A stretch of DNA of 63,921 nucleotides, filler included, from Hyphochytrium catenoides (GCA_900088475.1; 5 parts of 5 records of this genome joined end to end with filler, not necessarily neighbours in it); one strand, 5' to 3'. Positions 50,437 to 63,114 are shown, numbered from the whole stretch's first letter. A program made the numbers and translations. Notes: a model not told the origin generated them from the sequence alone.

Positions 50437-50492
<56 letters not shown>

Positions 50493-52730
50493 GCTCTGTC
50501 AACGTCTAGGCCGTGCTAAGAGGCCATCAATCGAGAAAAAGGTCCAAGAAATATATCAGGGACAACGATAGACGTGCCATCATTCTTCAGACGCTGTGGA
50601 GAGGGAGAAGGGCGAGACGCGTTGTTTGTCTTCTACGTCAAAACATTGCCTGTCTCCTAATTCAAACTACGTGGAGAGGATATAGAGGAAGGAAAGAGGG
50701 AAAGAGAAGAAAGAGAGACGCTCTCGTGGTCAGGATACAGAAGATTTTCAGAGGTGCACTTGTACGGATGCACTTCCCCTCCTGGAAGGAGGAGAGAGTC
50801 GGAGCAGCGATTGCCATACAGAGGATCGTACGAGGATATAGGGTAAGGGTACTCTCTCAGGATTTTCAGCTCTCTCTCTCTTGCTTTTTTCTCTCTCTCT
50901 CTCTCTCTCACTCTCTCTCTCTCCTCTCCTCTCCTTTCCACTTTATCTTGTCGGTGCTCTTGTCTCTCTTTTCACTTACTCTCTCAGTGACCGATCATCT
51001 TATGCTTGTCGAACTTCTGTCGTGTGTTGCTTGTAGGTCAAGCTACTGCGCGACCGCCTTCTCTATGAGAGAGAGACGCGGATGCGTGAGGAATGGATCG
51101 CTGTGCTCAAGGCTGAGATTTTATGGGCGACGGACAAGAGAGACTGGGTGATCAAACGGTTTCATAAGACTAACCTACGAGAAAAGTAGGTCCTGGTTAC
51201 TCATCGTTTTATCTAGCAGTGGTCTTCCTCTCTCTCTGTCTCTTTTCTCCACGAGCCTCTTCCCTATCTCCTTTCTGTCTTGGCCTCTTCATCTCTCTCT
51301 TTGCTCCTGAATAGCCCATTACATTGCCTCGAAGCCCTTCTACGACACGTTGAGTCTGGCTCTCAACCTCCTAAGTATGAAATTCTTGGCACAGGGTAGA
51401 ATCTCTAGAAGCTGAGGAGTACGAGAAGAGAGAGGAGATCTATTCCTTGGAGTACGACTATCTTGAACTCATCAAAGAGAGAGCGAGAGTATCCCCGCGG
51501 GCTATACAGCAGGGCTGGGTTCAGGAGCTGGACGCTAGCATATCCTTCCCAGCGTTTGCCCATAAGCAGCGACCTCCCTGGTCTACACTCTCCCACTTTC
51601 TCTCTCTGTGTCCTTTCCTTTCTCTCTCTTTCTCTCTCTCTCTCTCTTTTTCTCTCTTTCTCGCTCTCTCTCTCTCTCTGTCTCTCTCTCTCTCTGTCCC
51701 TCGTTCCCTCCCTCTCTCTGTCAGATCGCCCATTGAGAAACTTCTTAACTTCTTCTGCACATCAAAGATTATAGAGACAAGATTACTGCTGCCAAGGCCG
51801 AGTGTCTTTTCAAGCTTTGCTTCCGCCTCCGAAAGGCCGAGGAAGCACTGGAGAGATGGGAGAGAAGAATAGAGAAAGCTTCCTTAAGGATAGAAGAGCT
51901 AAAAAGATGGAGAGAGGAAGAGCTTGAAGAACTTTGGGCGGTAAGGAAGAGACGGCCGCGCGGAGAAAAGAAGAGGAGAGGAAAGAGAGAGTCTCTTCTC
52001 TCTGCCAGAAGTCTCTTTATCGCAAGCACGCCCTACCTTTAGATACTCACGCTACTTTTCTGTTGTCTCTCTCCCTCCCTCTTCTTCCCGGTCTTGTCTT
52101 CCACCGACGCCATTTGCGCTTCGAACCATAAAGAGGGAGGCTTACAGGCAAGGAAAGGCAGCCGTCGTTGAGCGGAAGAGGAGGATCGCTGATCAGAAGA
52201 GGAGATGGAAAGCGCAGCTTCTTACTTCGTCAGGTAGCACCCACATACATACTTCTCATAACGCATAATTTTCTTTCATGCTTCTCCTCCTCCCCTCTCC
52301 CACGTTCTTCCATCCAGTACTATGCCTCTCTTCTTTTTTTCTCTTTCTCTGTCCTCCCTTCGTTAGTTATTCTTTTGCCTTTCTCTCTCTGTTCTCCCTC
52401 TCCCTCTCTCTCCCGCCCGCTTTTCGGCTCTCTGACTCTCTCTTTATCTCCATTCCTCCTCTCTCTCTCAGTTCGTCCTCTTTATCTCTCCTCTCTCTCT
52501 CTCTTCTTTCCTCTGTCTCTCTCTCTGCACTCGTACTCTTTCTCTATCTTTTCTCTCTCTCTCGCTCGCTCTCTGTTACGCTCTTGCCGTGCGTTCTCTT
52601 CTTCTTTCTTCTCTGTGTCCGGGTTTCTACCTATGATATCGCCTTAAAATCTGTGATTTACCTCACCTGTGGGAGGTCTACTTCCGCTGACCCTCGAACC
52701 GTCTCGCGTTCTCTCTCTCTCCCCTCCCTT

Positions 52731-52769
<39 letters not shown>

Positions 52770-53688
52770 TCCATGTCGCCAACTCTCTCTTCCAGGCAAG
52801 CCACGCAAGAAGCTCGCCCGGTCTTTCCTCTCTTCGGAAGACGACGCCTCCGCACTCTCTCTCTCTTCTTGCGCTAACTTAGCTCGGGTTAACCTTCTCG
52901 CCAAGCTTCACTTTCAGCCGAAACGAGGGAGAATCACAGGTCTTCCCATTGTTTCTGAGGAGGTTCTCTCCTCTCTTGAGGCAGCAGTGGAGAGTGTCGA
53001 GCTGCAGCAAGCGGTGAACCAGGTGGCGCAGTATGAAGCAGCACTGCAGCCTGTAATAGAGAAAGTGACAGGCACGATGCAGAGTGTGTTCAGTGGCAAA
53101 GACAAGGAAGCAATAGCTGCAAAAGAGACAGAAGGAAGCGATAGCAGAGAGCCTACTCCCCCGGTAGACGGAGGGCCCTCAGCTGGAAGAGTGGAGAGAG
53201 AACAAGAAAGAGAAGTTCCGGTCTATCGCTCTCAGGATGCCCTCAAACGTAGTGCCGCTATATTAGCGGACGAAGGGAAGCGAGGGCTACGGATTTCGAT
53301 ACCTAGAAGCTTACCCGCTGTCACTGAAGCAGAAGAAAGAGAAGAACTTGAAGACAAGATAGTGACAGAGTTAGCGGGCACCAGAGAGACAGAGAAGGAC
53401 TCAGTTGTCATGCCAACAGCCACACAGTCCGCGGCAAGGCGTCCAACTCATGAAGAAGCTCTTAAATTTATAGAAAAGGGTCAGAGACAGGTTGCCGACG
53501 GCTTCAGTGAAGAAGAGAGAGGTGCTCCTTCGCTCTCAAAGCGGGAGCTGAAAGCTCTCACTGACGTTGCACAGACGCAAAAAGTTCGGCGGGCCATGCG
53601 GGCAACCTCTGTCCCTTGGGATCTTCTCTCTGAGCTCGAGGGAGAGAAAGAAAAGTTTCTAGCAGAAAAGGCTATGGGAAGATGGTAG
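47732..53688 (+). CDS. Multi-IQ calmodulin-binding motif / coiled-coil protein, about 11 exons
   Basis: Six or more IQ motifs (AATIIQRFFK, IQRICRGY, IQAVLRGH, LQTLWRGR, IQTTWRGY, IQKIFRG, IQRIVRGY), a coiled-coil segment SPRAIQQGWVQELD, and a last exon ending VPWDLLSELEGEKEKF..W*. The start codon and first exons are less certain. Confidence 0.8.
51540..51760 (+). other. U12-type (minor spliceosome) AT-AC intron
   Basis: 5' end ATATCCTT (51540-51547), branch site TTCTTAAC (51742-51749), 3' end AC (51759-51760). Removal joins ..ELDAS to IKDYRDKIT.. in frame. Confidence 0.88.
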
Positions 53689-53854
53689 TAGACCTCTGAC
53701 TCTTTCTCTGATTATGACGAAGGATGGAGGCGAGGAAGGAGATGCTATAAGTCTAACGCTACGTTATTCCGTATATGGGAGGAGAGAGGGTGAAAGAGGA
53801 GCAGGAGAGAGCGAGAGAGGTAGATGGGGAGACAAACCAGAAAGATATACCCCT

Positions 53855-53890
<36 letters not shown>

Positions 53891-54040
53891 CGTTGGGGGA
53901 GCAGAGAGAGCGAGAGACACACACACAGAGAGAGAGAGAGAGAGACACACTGAAAGAGAGAGAGAGAGAGAGACGAAATAGAGGAAGGCTCGCAACGAGC
54001 CCAAATTATTTATTATATATCCACACAGACTGGTGTGCAT

Positions 54041-55210
54041 CTATTCCATATCGTCCTCTCCCTCATCCTCCTCGTCCTCAGCGAGCTGCAACTCCTCCAG
54101 GGCCGCGATCTGCCTGGCCAGCGCCGAGGTCATGAAGGTCAAAAAGGCATAAGAAAACATCGCTAGAGAGGCCAGGACGACGGATATCTTCGTTCTGCGC
54201 CTCATTCTCTCCTCTGCTGCTGTCCTGGGCTCTTTTTGTTTCTCTTCCTGGGGAGAGTGAGTGGTAGAAGAAGATGTAGGAACTTTAGAGACAGCGCTTC
54301 GAGCAGGTGGGCGGTAGATCTTCCACTCTCCTACGTCTACGGCTGCAGACGACGCCATCACAGCGGCAGGAAGAAGGTTAAATTTGTTCTCTTCGTTCAT
54401 CGTGTACGATGGCCTATCCGTCGCTCCTGTGTCTCTCCAAGCAGCCTCTTTCTCTCCGACTATTGCGGGAGAAGGGAAGAACTCTTTCTGCACCCGGAGA
54501 GTAAACTCTAAGAGGTTGGACGCATGAGAGCGCACGAGGGGCGCTAGATTGATATCGCTCAGCGCGTCCACTAAGTGGCCGAAGAGTGAAGCATCTAATG
54601 AGGTTGGCCTGTAGACAATGACACATAGAACAAGAGAGAGAGAGCGAGAGAGAACGAGGGAAGGAGAAGATACGAGGGAAAAAAAAGAGAGAGAAGGAGA
54701 GAGAGGATAAGAACTAATTAGAGCATGGAAAGAAAGATTCAAACTATTCGGGGGGAGAAAGAGGGCGAGAAGTGGCATCCTGGTATGATATGGAGAACAT
54801 CTCCCTTCATAGTCAATGGTCAGGGGGACAAAGAAAGATGTACATTCCCTCCTGGAGAAATAAGAAGGAAGCTGGAGAGAGAGAGAGAGAAAGTGTGAAG
54901 TATGCTATTTTTTCTACCTGTCGCCGAAGCAAAACTTCTTCTCTCCTAACTTCTGACTCAGTGCCCGATAGGCGTCTTCTGCCTGCTGTCGGACCTGTTA
55001 TAGGGCAAAAGATTGAAGAATGGGACAGTCAAGAAGAGAGAGAGAGAGAGAGAGAATGAGGAGGAGATGAAAAGGGAGCGGAACGGCTGGCAAAATCCGA
55101 CTAAGTCAAAGACTGACAAGAAGGACGTCAATGAAAGAAGGCCAAGGAAGGACACTTCTCCGTCTTTTGGTCCCCTCTTCTGGGTCATTTTTGAGACACA
55201 TTCTTCTCTC

Positions 55211-55241
<31 letters not shown>

Positions 55242-57068
55242 CCCAACCTCTCGACAAAACTGATTCCTACCTCTTCTCCTGACTGCAAGTTCTTCTTGGT
55301 GAGCAGGCCCTTGAGTTCCTTCTGTCGGTAGCCAGGGAGGAAAGTGTTGAGGGGAAAAGGCAGCACCTGTGCCTCCGACGGCCGAGTCGTCTGCTCAAAG
55401 TTTTTCATGTCTACCCACCGGCTATAGAGCTACAGAGGGAAGAGAGACGACAGGAGAGACTAAGTAAGAGAGAACTGAAACAGGAGAAAGTGCGAGAGAG
55501 ACATAGAGAAAGAGGAGAGAAAGGAGAAGGTGGGAACGCAAACTAAGGACATAGTGAAGGCGAGAAGACAAGAGAGAGAGGGCCAAAGAGAGAGAAAGCT
55601 AGATAGTGTCGTAAGGAGCGGATTTTTTCACTCCTTTCCTTCTTCCCGGTTCTGTGACTCCATCAGCTCTCTTCTCTCTCCTCGCCTAACTTTCTTCGCG
55701 TTCCCATCCTTGTCAACCATCTTCTCTTATCCTCCTTGAGGGCCACGGCTCTCAACAGCCTGTGAGTCGTGGTTCTAAACCTATTCCGCTTTCCCTTCCC
55801 CTTCCCTCTCTCCTCTCTCTCTTCCTCTCTCTCTCTCTGTCTCTCTTCCCTCCATTCTCGCATTCTGTCTTTATGTCTCTCTCTCCTTTATACTCGTTAG
55901 TTCTCGCTGCCTCCCTCTCTCTTGCTCTCTCTCTCTCTCTCTTGCTTCCTTTCTCACACTCTGCTTGTCGGTTTCTTTGTTATCCTCTCCGTACCAGTGC
56001 ATCGGTCAGTGAAGTCTCTATCAGGGAGCGGAAGGCTGCCACATCGGCTCTTTCCGTGGCAGAAAGTTCCGAGTCTAGATCGTGATGGAACTGAAGGGGA
56101 GACATGGGGTGTCAGGAGAGAGGGCGAAAAGAGAGAGAGAGAGAGAGAGAAAGAGAAGAAAGAGAAACAGAGAGAGAGAGGAAGGGAGGGAAGGCAATGG
56201 CGAAGAAAAATCTGAGAGAAAGAAACCCTGAGAGAGAATAGTAGCAGAGAGAGAGAGAGAGAGTGACAGAGATCAAGAGAGAAAGGCAGAGAGAAGAGAA
56301 AAGTCGGAAGAGAGAGAAACAAAGGCAGACGAGGACAAGAGAGAGAAAGGAGAGAGAGAGAGAGACAAGAGAGGTAGGTTGTGCCTAGGTGCAGACGAAG
56401 AGCAAAAGAGCTTAATGTAGCTCGTGATCAGACTGACTGAGAACTTTTCGAAGCAGCGCAGGATGGAGACAGAGGAGAAAAGAATAATATTAGCAAAGGA
56501 GAAAACAAAGCCAGAGAGAGAGAGTTGGAAAGATGTTGAGGAGAGAGAAGAGACGTCAGTGAGGGAGCAGCCAATGACCAAGAAAAGGGAGACATAACGC
56601 CTTGAGGTGACGAAGAGAAACATAAGAGAAGAAGAGAGAGAAAGATCCAAAAGCGCAAAAGGATGGATTCGAGGATGGGAAGAGAGAAAGAGAGAGTTCA
56701 CCTTCTGCATATGAGTGAGAATACTACCGGAAGGGACGAGAAAGAATCCATCGCGCAGCTGAGGAAGTGACCCTAGAAAGAGAGAAGAGAGAAAGGAAGA
56801 AAGATTAGTAAGGTATGAAGAGAACGAGGGTGAAAGAGGAAAGAAAGAGGAAAGAAGCATGGAGGAGAAGAATGATCTCAGAGATAAGCATCTTCTTTTG
56901 CACGACTTCTTTGGCAAAAAGACGAGAGGCGCTCATGTTTGGAAGAGAGAGAGAGAGAGGGAGAGGGAGAGAGCGCAGAGATAAACGCCGGCTGAATGTC
57001 CTCAGTCTGTTTAACGATCGCCTCTCCTTCCTGTCTTCTCATCTCTTGAAAATATCCCTCTCGACCTT

Positions 57069-57134
<66 letters not shown>

Positions 57135-57332
57135 CGCCCCTGTCTCTTGCCCACTCTATTGCCTCTTTTGGCTTCTTCCTTCACTCGTTTCTAATGTCTC
57201 TCTTGGCCGGACCTGAGGCGATGGACTCTGGGTACCTCCAGTTCTGTATGTGCAGCCTCAAACCCGAGAAGCGGGCATAAGCCTAACAGGGAAATATGAG
57301 TGAAGAGAGAAAGCATAAGAGAAAGAGGCCAA

Positions 57333-57382
<50 letters not shown>

Positions 57383-58135
57383 GAGAGNNNNNNNNNNNNN
57401 GGGGGGGGGAGGAGGAGAGAGAGAAAGAGGGAGAGAGAGAGAGAGAGAAAGAAAGAAAGAAGAGTCAATGGTAGCGACAACTGCGTTTCGCAGTGGAATC
57501 GATATGACAATAAGAGAGAGTAGGCAAATTATGACAAGGAGTAAGAGTAGCCAGAGAGAGGAAGAGATGGATAGAGCAAGAGAGAGAGAGTGAGAGAGAG
57601 ATGTCCAGGGAAATGTAAACATGCAGAGAGGAACAAAGATTTAGAAGGGAGAGGCCGAAGATGAGAGTCTGAGAGGAGAGAGCAGATCAGAGGTGACCTG
57701 CACGGCCCAGGCTGGTCGGTACTGCACTAAGACTAAAGGCTCCTCCATTGGCTTGCATAATGACCTAGAGAAAGAGAGAGAGAGAGAGAGAGAGAGTGAG
57801 AGGGAGGGAGAGAGAGAGAGAGAAAGAAGAGGAAGGAGAGGGCGAAGGAGAGAGAAAGACAGGGAGAAGAGCATTTACAGAGAAAGAGGAAGAGATAAGA
57901 GGAGAGCGTGTGAGAAGGTGAGAGAGTGAGTAAGGAAGCGAACGAGAGGGAGAAAGAGGGAGAGGGAGAAAGGGAGAGAGAGAGGTATCGAGCCTGTGAA
58001 GCGACAACAGCTTCTCTCCACCGCTTACTTGGCTTTCTCGAAGAGCGCTCTGTCGTCCAAAGGAATCTCCTCCTGTTCTTCCGGCCTCCCGATCGTCGAC
58101 CGGAGCTTCTCCTTCAAATGCTTGAAGCTCTCCAT
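54041..58135 (-). CDS. Metaxin (MTX1/Sam37-like) mitochondrial outer membrane protein, about 8 exons
   Basis: Spliced peptide: AVQAYARFSGL, SGSLPQLRDG..SILTHMQK, DLDSELSATERADVAAFRSLIE, WVDMKNF..LPFPLNTFLP, YRALSQKLGEKKFCFGDRPTSLDASLFGHL, NLLEF, then a C-terminal TM helix and acidic tail. Exon 1 (58135-58029) is phase-compatible with exon 2. Confidence 0.9.
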
Positions 58136-58438
58136 CTCTCTTTCTCTTTCTCTCTCTCTTGTTCTCTGACTTCGTTCTCTCTCCTGTCTCTATCTACGCT
58201 GTCTCTTCTCTCTCGCCGTCCGTCTTTTGAGCTCTGGAGGCTGTTCCAGATTCAAGAGATTTTGGCGAAGAGGAAAGAGAGCTGTTGATAGCCCTGTCAA
58301 CAAGAGAAGCCGAGAGAGAGAAAGAGAATGACCCAAGCAGCAGAAGAGGAATGACATCGTTGGCAGAGAGCCAGAATTGGGCTAAACAGAGCTTTAATGA
58401 GAGGTATGATGGAGGAAGAGAGAACGAGAGACTGACAA

Positions 58439-58492
<54 letters not shown>

Positions 58493-58499
58493 CACAGAC

Positions 58500-58599
58500 N
58501 NNNNNNNNNNNNNNNNNNNNNNNNNNNNNNNNNNNNNNNNNNNTTAATTAATTAANNNNNNNNNNNNNNNNNNNNNNNNNNNNNNNNNNNNNNNNNNNN
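58500..58599. other. Artificial scaffold linker
   Basis: N-run + TTAATTAATTAA + N-run, 100 nt. Confidence 0.98.
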
Positions 58600-58762
58600 T
58601 TGACGCCGATAATGGGTAAAGTAAATGTGTAAATGACACAAAGCCGGGATGAGAGGAGGGTAGGAGAGCGAGAAATGAGAGAGAGAGAGAGAGAGAAAGA
58701 CAGGGAAAAAGAGAGAGAGAGAGACTGCGCCTGCGATAGGGGAGGATGCAGAGAAGACAGAC

Positions 58763-58945
58763 CTTCTCTTCCCTGTGCTCGTACGAGCCAAAGAGAAGAC
58801 CTGAGAATGCTTGCTGCTGCTTCTCTGAGTGCACTGGCACATCTCTGAGCAGCGCAGCGACCGTGGGCCCATGGACGAGAACCTCAGCCACTGTCTCCAC
58901 CTCCCTCTCCACCTTCTCCATCCCCTCCGTTAGATCCACATCCAT
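58763..58945 (-). CDS. First exon of a probable Abraxas/FAM175-like (inactive MPN) protein, truncated by the scaffold end
   Basis: ATG at 58945; VLVHGPTVAALL......FSGLLFG resembles the Abraxas N-terminus (I/VSGxxLxxL...DGxLxG). The exon ends at a GT donor. Only about 61 aa are visible. Confidence 0.5.
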
Positions 58946-59033
58946 CTCTCTCTCTCTCTCTCTCCCTCTCTTCTCTCTCTCTCCTCTTTTGTGACACGGT
59001 AGAGCCTCCAAGAGCCGGTCTCCCATAGGACGG

Positions 59034-59069
<36 letters not shown>

Positions 59070-59220
59070 GGTCAAAACAGAGCAAGAGGTCGAGCACTGA
59101 AGACGAGAGAAAGCTCCCAACGGCGCCTTTCCTTTTTCCTCTTTCTTCTCCAGTTCTGCCCCTGTGCTCTCTACGATTAATCTCTCTGGGTCCCTCTCTT
59201 ATCTCCCTCTCCTCCTCAGT

Positions 59221-59276
<56 letters not shown>

Positions 59277-59811
59277 TCTCTCTCTCTCACAAAGATCTGT
59301 GTAGAGAAAGGAAACAATCCTAGCCGTTACCGGTCCTCTGTCTCGCCAGACCAAAGCTGCAAAAACTCTGAATCTGCGGATCTGAAGGCATCAATTCTGC
59401 AGACTGAAGAAGCTCAACGGAGCTTTGAAAGGCTTATTATTAGGAGACAGCGTGGGCTGTACGCAGGGCCAGGCCCGGAGACCTTGCTTCTTTGAAGCTC
59501 TACTTCTAACGATAGCGAGTGGCCCGAGAACCAAGAAACAGAACAGACCCCTAGCCACCATCTCCCTTTCTCCATCTCGCCTGAAGTCTGTTCCTCACTT
59601 CTCAGCTAGGAGTCTTCCTGATCACTGCTCGATCTCCTTCTCTGAGTGTACCTCTCACTCTTCTCGGCCTGCTTTTCTGTCTGGGTCTCTCTCTTCTCTC
59701 TGCTCTCGGCCTGCTTCCTGCCTCTGTAGCTCTCTCTTCTCTCTCCTCTCGGCCTGCTCTCTGCCTTTGTGTGGGTCTCTGATCTCCTTGACGAAAGAGA
59801 GAGAGAGAGAG

Positions 59812-61263
59812 ATGGCGACAGACTTTGACTGGTTCTTCAAAGAACAACAGGGAGGGAAGCCTGAGACTGAGACCACACAGCTCTCTACCGCTCTTTCTCT
59901 CGCCAGCAGCCAAGGCGACCTGGCGAAGGTGGAAGAATTGCTGGGCCTCGGAGCTTGTCCCGCTGACTTGATAAACGGATTCAACGCCGTCCACAGTGCG
60001 GTTAATAGGGGCCATCTCTCCGTTGTTAAGACTCTTCTCAAGGCTCATCCCGCACTAGCCAACAGTCCAACCTCCGACAACCGGAAGCCGATCCACATCG
60101 CGGCAGAGAAGGGCTTCTCCCAGATCTTAGACTTCCTGCTGCTTCACCGCAGCGGAAGACAAGAAGCCGCAGCCGCAGGCCAAGAGGGAGAAGGTTCAGC
60201 GCACGATGGACATGGAGACGAGAGAGACGGAGCAGACAGCTCTGGAGCACATCCTCTAAGCAGAAGAGAAGACGCAAAGAGCGCGAGCTCTCTCTCCGCC
60301 TTTCAAACAGAGAATCAGACGGCAGAGAGGGCCGTTCAGGACTCTTCCTCCGCGCTCTCCATCCTCTCTGTTGACGTGCTGGCGCAGACTCCGCAGGGCC
60401 ACAATGCCTTACATTACGCCGCTAGAAATGGCTCTGAAGACTGCCTTCGTCTTCTCCTTTCCTCCCAGCTCTTCGACCTTACCGCCAGGACCACTGAAGG
60501 ACTTACTGCCTTCCACATCGCCGTCAGCGCCAACCATCTCCCAGCCGTCCGCCTTCTGGCCTCTGCTCTAAGAGCTCTGGACAGCGCCGTAGATGAAGGA
60601 GCCGCCAAGGGCAGCAGCCCATCTGGCGCCATGGTTATCTTCTCTGAAAGCTCGTCCGCGGGCTTGGACGCCCTGCACCGCGCCTCGTACGCTGGCAATC
60701 TTGGGCTGGTTCGCTTCCTGGTGCAGGAGTGTGGCCTAGATCCCAAGGTAACAACACCAACAGGGATGAGTGCTTTGCACTTTGCTAGCTCAGGAGGGAG
60801 AGAGGACGTCGTGCAGTTTCTCTTGGAAGAGTTGCAAGTGCCTCTCGACCAAAGGACTCTCTCAGGACAGAGTGCCCTGCATAAGGCGGCCTTCGGAGGG
60901 CACTTGGAGGTGGTTAGACTGCTTCTTAATCATGGAGAGAAGAGAGCCGTGAAGAGTGAAGGAGCAACGTCTGACTGCAGGAGCTTAGAGCAAGAGAGAA
61001 AGGAGGCGAGAGAGAGGCTCTTCAGCAAGGATCGGACGGGCTTAACTCCTCTGCACTGCGCGGCCACGGCTGGCAAGCACCTGATAGCTGAGGCGCTCTG
61101 GGGAGAGAAAGAGGTGGATGTGAGAGAAGAAGATGAGGAAGGAGATGATGCTGCGGTGAAAGCGGCGAAGAATGGCTTCATGAAGCTCGCTTCGAAGCTC
61201 TCTCGCCGCGCTTACATTGAGGAAAGGGCCAGGCGGCTGGCAGAGCAGCCTGTCACCAGCTGA
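59812..61263 (+). CDS. Ankyrin-repeat protein (about 483 aa, intronless)
   Basis: About 9-10 repeats such as GFNAVHSAVNRGH, KPIHIAAEKGF, GHNALHYAARNGS, GLTAFHIAVSANH, GMSALHFASSGG, GQSALHKAAFGGH and GLTPLHCAATAGK. First in-frame ATG is at 59812. Confidence 0.9.
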   Translation: MATDFDWFFKEQQGGKPETETTQLSTALSLASSQGDLAKVEELLGLGACPADLINGFNAVHSAVNRGHLSVVKTLLKAHPALANSPTSDNRKPIHIAAEKGFSQILDFLLLHRSGRQEAAAAGQEGEGSAHDGHGDERDGADSSGAHPLSRREDAKSASSLSAFQTENQTAERAVQDSSSALSILSVDVLAQTPQGHNALHYAARNGSEDCLRLLLSSQLFDLTARTTEGLTAFHIAVSANHLPAVRLLASALRALDSAVDEGAAKGSSPSGAMVIFSESSSAGLDALHRASYAGNLGLVRFLVQECGLDPKVTTPTGMSALHFASSGGREDVVQFLLEELQVPLDQRTLSGQSALHKAAFGGHLEVVRLLLNHGEKRAVKSEGATSDCRSLEQERKEARERLFSKDRTGLTPLHCAATAGKHLIAEALWGEKEVDVREEDEEGDDAAVKAAKNGFMKLASKLSRRAYIEERARRLAEQPVTS

Positions 61264-61419
61264 AAGGAGGCCCTGGCATGGGGCCTTGGACTGCAAAAAG
61301 AGCTGACAGGAGAGCAAGGAGAACATATCGAGCTCAGGTGGAGAGGGCCGAGTGTTAGCAGAGGAAGACAGAAATAGAAGGGCAGCAAGGGGTAGACCTT
61401 CCACAGGTCGCTGCTATTG

Positions 61420-61459
<40 letters not shown>

Positions 61460-62200
61460 TACTCTCTCTCTCTTAGTCTGTTCTCCTGCATCTCGTCTCT
61501 CTCTTCCTCTTTCTCTCGGCTCTGACCTTGGATATACCCACACAAAGAGTCGAAAGCAGTGCATCTTTGGTCTCTCTCTCTCTCTCTCTTTGTCTCTAGA
61601 CAATGGCTGCCCGGTCAACGGCCTCAGTACTATGGATGGCAAAGAAGAGAGGGACAAGCTTCACTCCTTGACCGCGAGTCCCGGGCAAAGGAGGGCCAAG
61701 CAGAAGAGAGAGAAAGACAAGTGAGGAGAAGGAGGTTGCATTCCTCTTCTCTTCTCATCGGGGAGAGGCGAGAGACATAGAATGTAGAGCAGCCTGGCCA
61801 CTGAGAAGTCAAAGGTCTTAGTTAGCTTGACACGGCTTGCGCTTTACTAGCGACTGTCTAACTACTAAGAAGCTTCTTCCTTTCTCAGCATCTGAGAGCC
61901 TGAGGAACCGCTGCTGGGAGTGGGCTCGGAGAGAGTCTGAGAAAGAGAGAGAGAGAGAGAGACAAGGGGAAGAGATAGAGAGCAAGATAGGCGCCAAGAG
62001 TGAGAAAGGAGAGAGAGGGGAGGAGTCAAAGAGGAGAGAGCGGAAAGAGAGAGAGAGAAATGAGGGAAGCACGCTAAACGCCTAAAGAGGGAGAAGCAGC
62101 CACCGCAGTTGAGCTCTCTTTCTCTCTCGCTGCTGCTTATCCAAACGCCGCCTCCTCGTCTTCTCTTTCGTGTCCCTTCTCTCTCTCTCTCTCTCTCTCT

Positions 62201-62300
62201 NNNNNNNNNNNNNNNNNNNNNNNNNNNNNNNNNNNNNNNNNNNNTTAATTAATTAANNNNNNNNNNNNNNNNNNNNNNNNNNNNNNNNNNNNNNNNNNNN
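62201..62300. other. Artificial scaffold linker
   Basis: N-run + TTAATTAATTAA + N-run, 100 nt. Confidence 0.98.
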
Positions 62301-62498
62301 AACTTGGCTAATCTGATGCGCAAAAGGAGGACATATACGGATGTGCTTAGTTGAGTATGGGATGCGACCCGGGCAGAGCATCTTACAGAGACCGTGGCAG
62401 AGGATTTGAGGAGGAACAGTGTAAGGATAGGACATAGCTCCGTTGCAAGCAGCGGAATGAAGAGCGTCAGTCACGGAGAGGACGAGTAGGCGGCGTAC

Positions 62499-63083
62499 TT
62501 GAGTGGATAGTCTATCTCACTGTTGAAGTCTTCTGTCAGTTCCAAGGTCTGCGTTGGAACCAGGTCCTCCGCGTGGCTGATTTTGTCCCCAAGCAGAGGA
62601 GAAGGAGTGAAGGAATGAAGAATAAGCGGACAGGTCGATAAATGAGGGCCTAGCAACATCTGCTCCCCTCTTTCTCCCTCCCTCGTTTTGTGCCTGTGTA
62701 TGATCTCTCCTTATATCACTGACGTCTTACTAAACCGCTACCATCTGTGTTGCCTCTCCCTAGCGACTTTTCTTTGCCTCGGCTTCCGTCTCGCTCTTCC
62801 CTTCATTTTCTTTTACTCCGTCACACATCAAACTCGCTAAAGCTGTACCTGAAGTCAACATCCTCTCTGTTGACAAAGCTTTAGGGAGAACGAGCCACCA
62901 GCCGTTAATTAGCCACATGGTAGGTAGGTGAGAAAAGATAGAGCGAGACGGAAAGCGAGAGTGAATGGGGCAAGGTACGAAGACTTGAACCAAGCGAATG
63001 CCTGGTAAGAGTATTCAAGGCGGAGCGACACACATCGACAGGACAGAATAAGGCTCCAGCCGAGGTGATGAAAGTGGAATGAG

Positions 63084-63114
<31 letters not shown>

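Noticed and set aside
57698-57748. LVLVQYRPAW as a GrpB-family N-terminus
   Set aside because: Downstream exons splice into clear metaxin motifs.
59425-59811. N-terminal 129 aa of the 612-aa ankyrin ORF
   Set aside because: Starts at TTG and runs through low-complexity sequence; the first ATG at 59812 is the plausible eukaryotic start.
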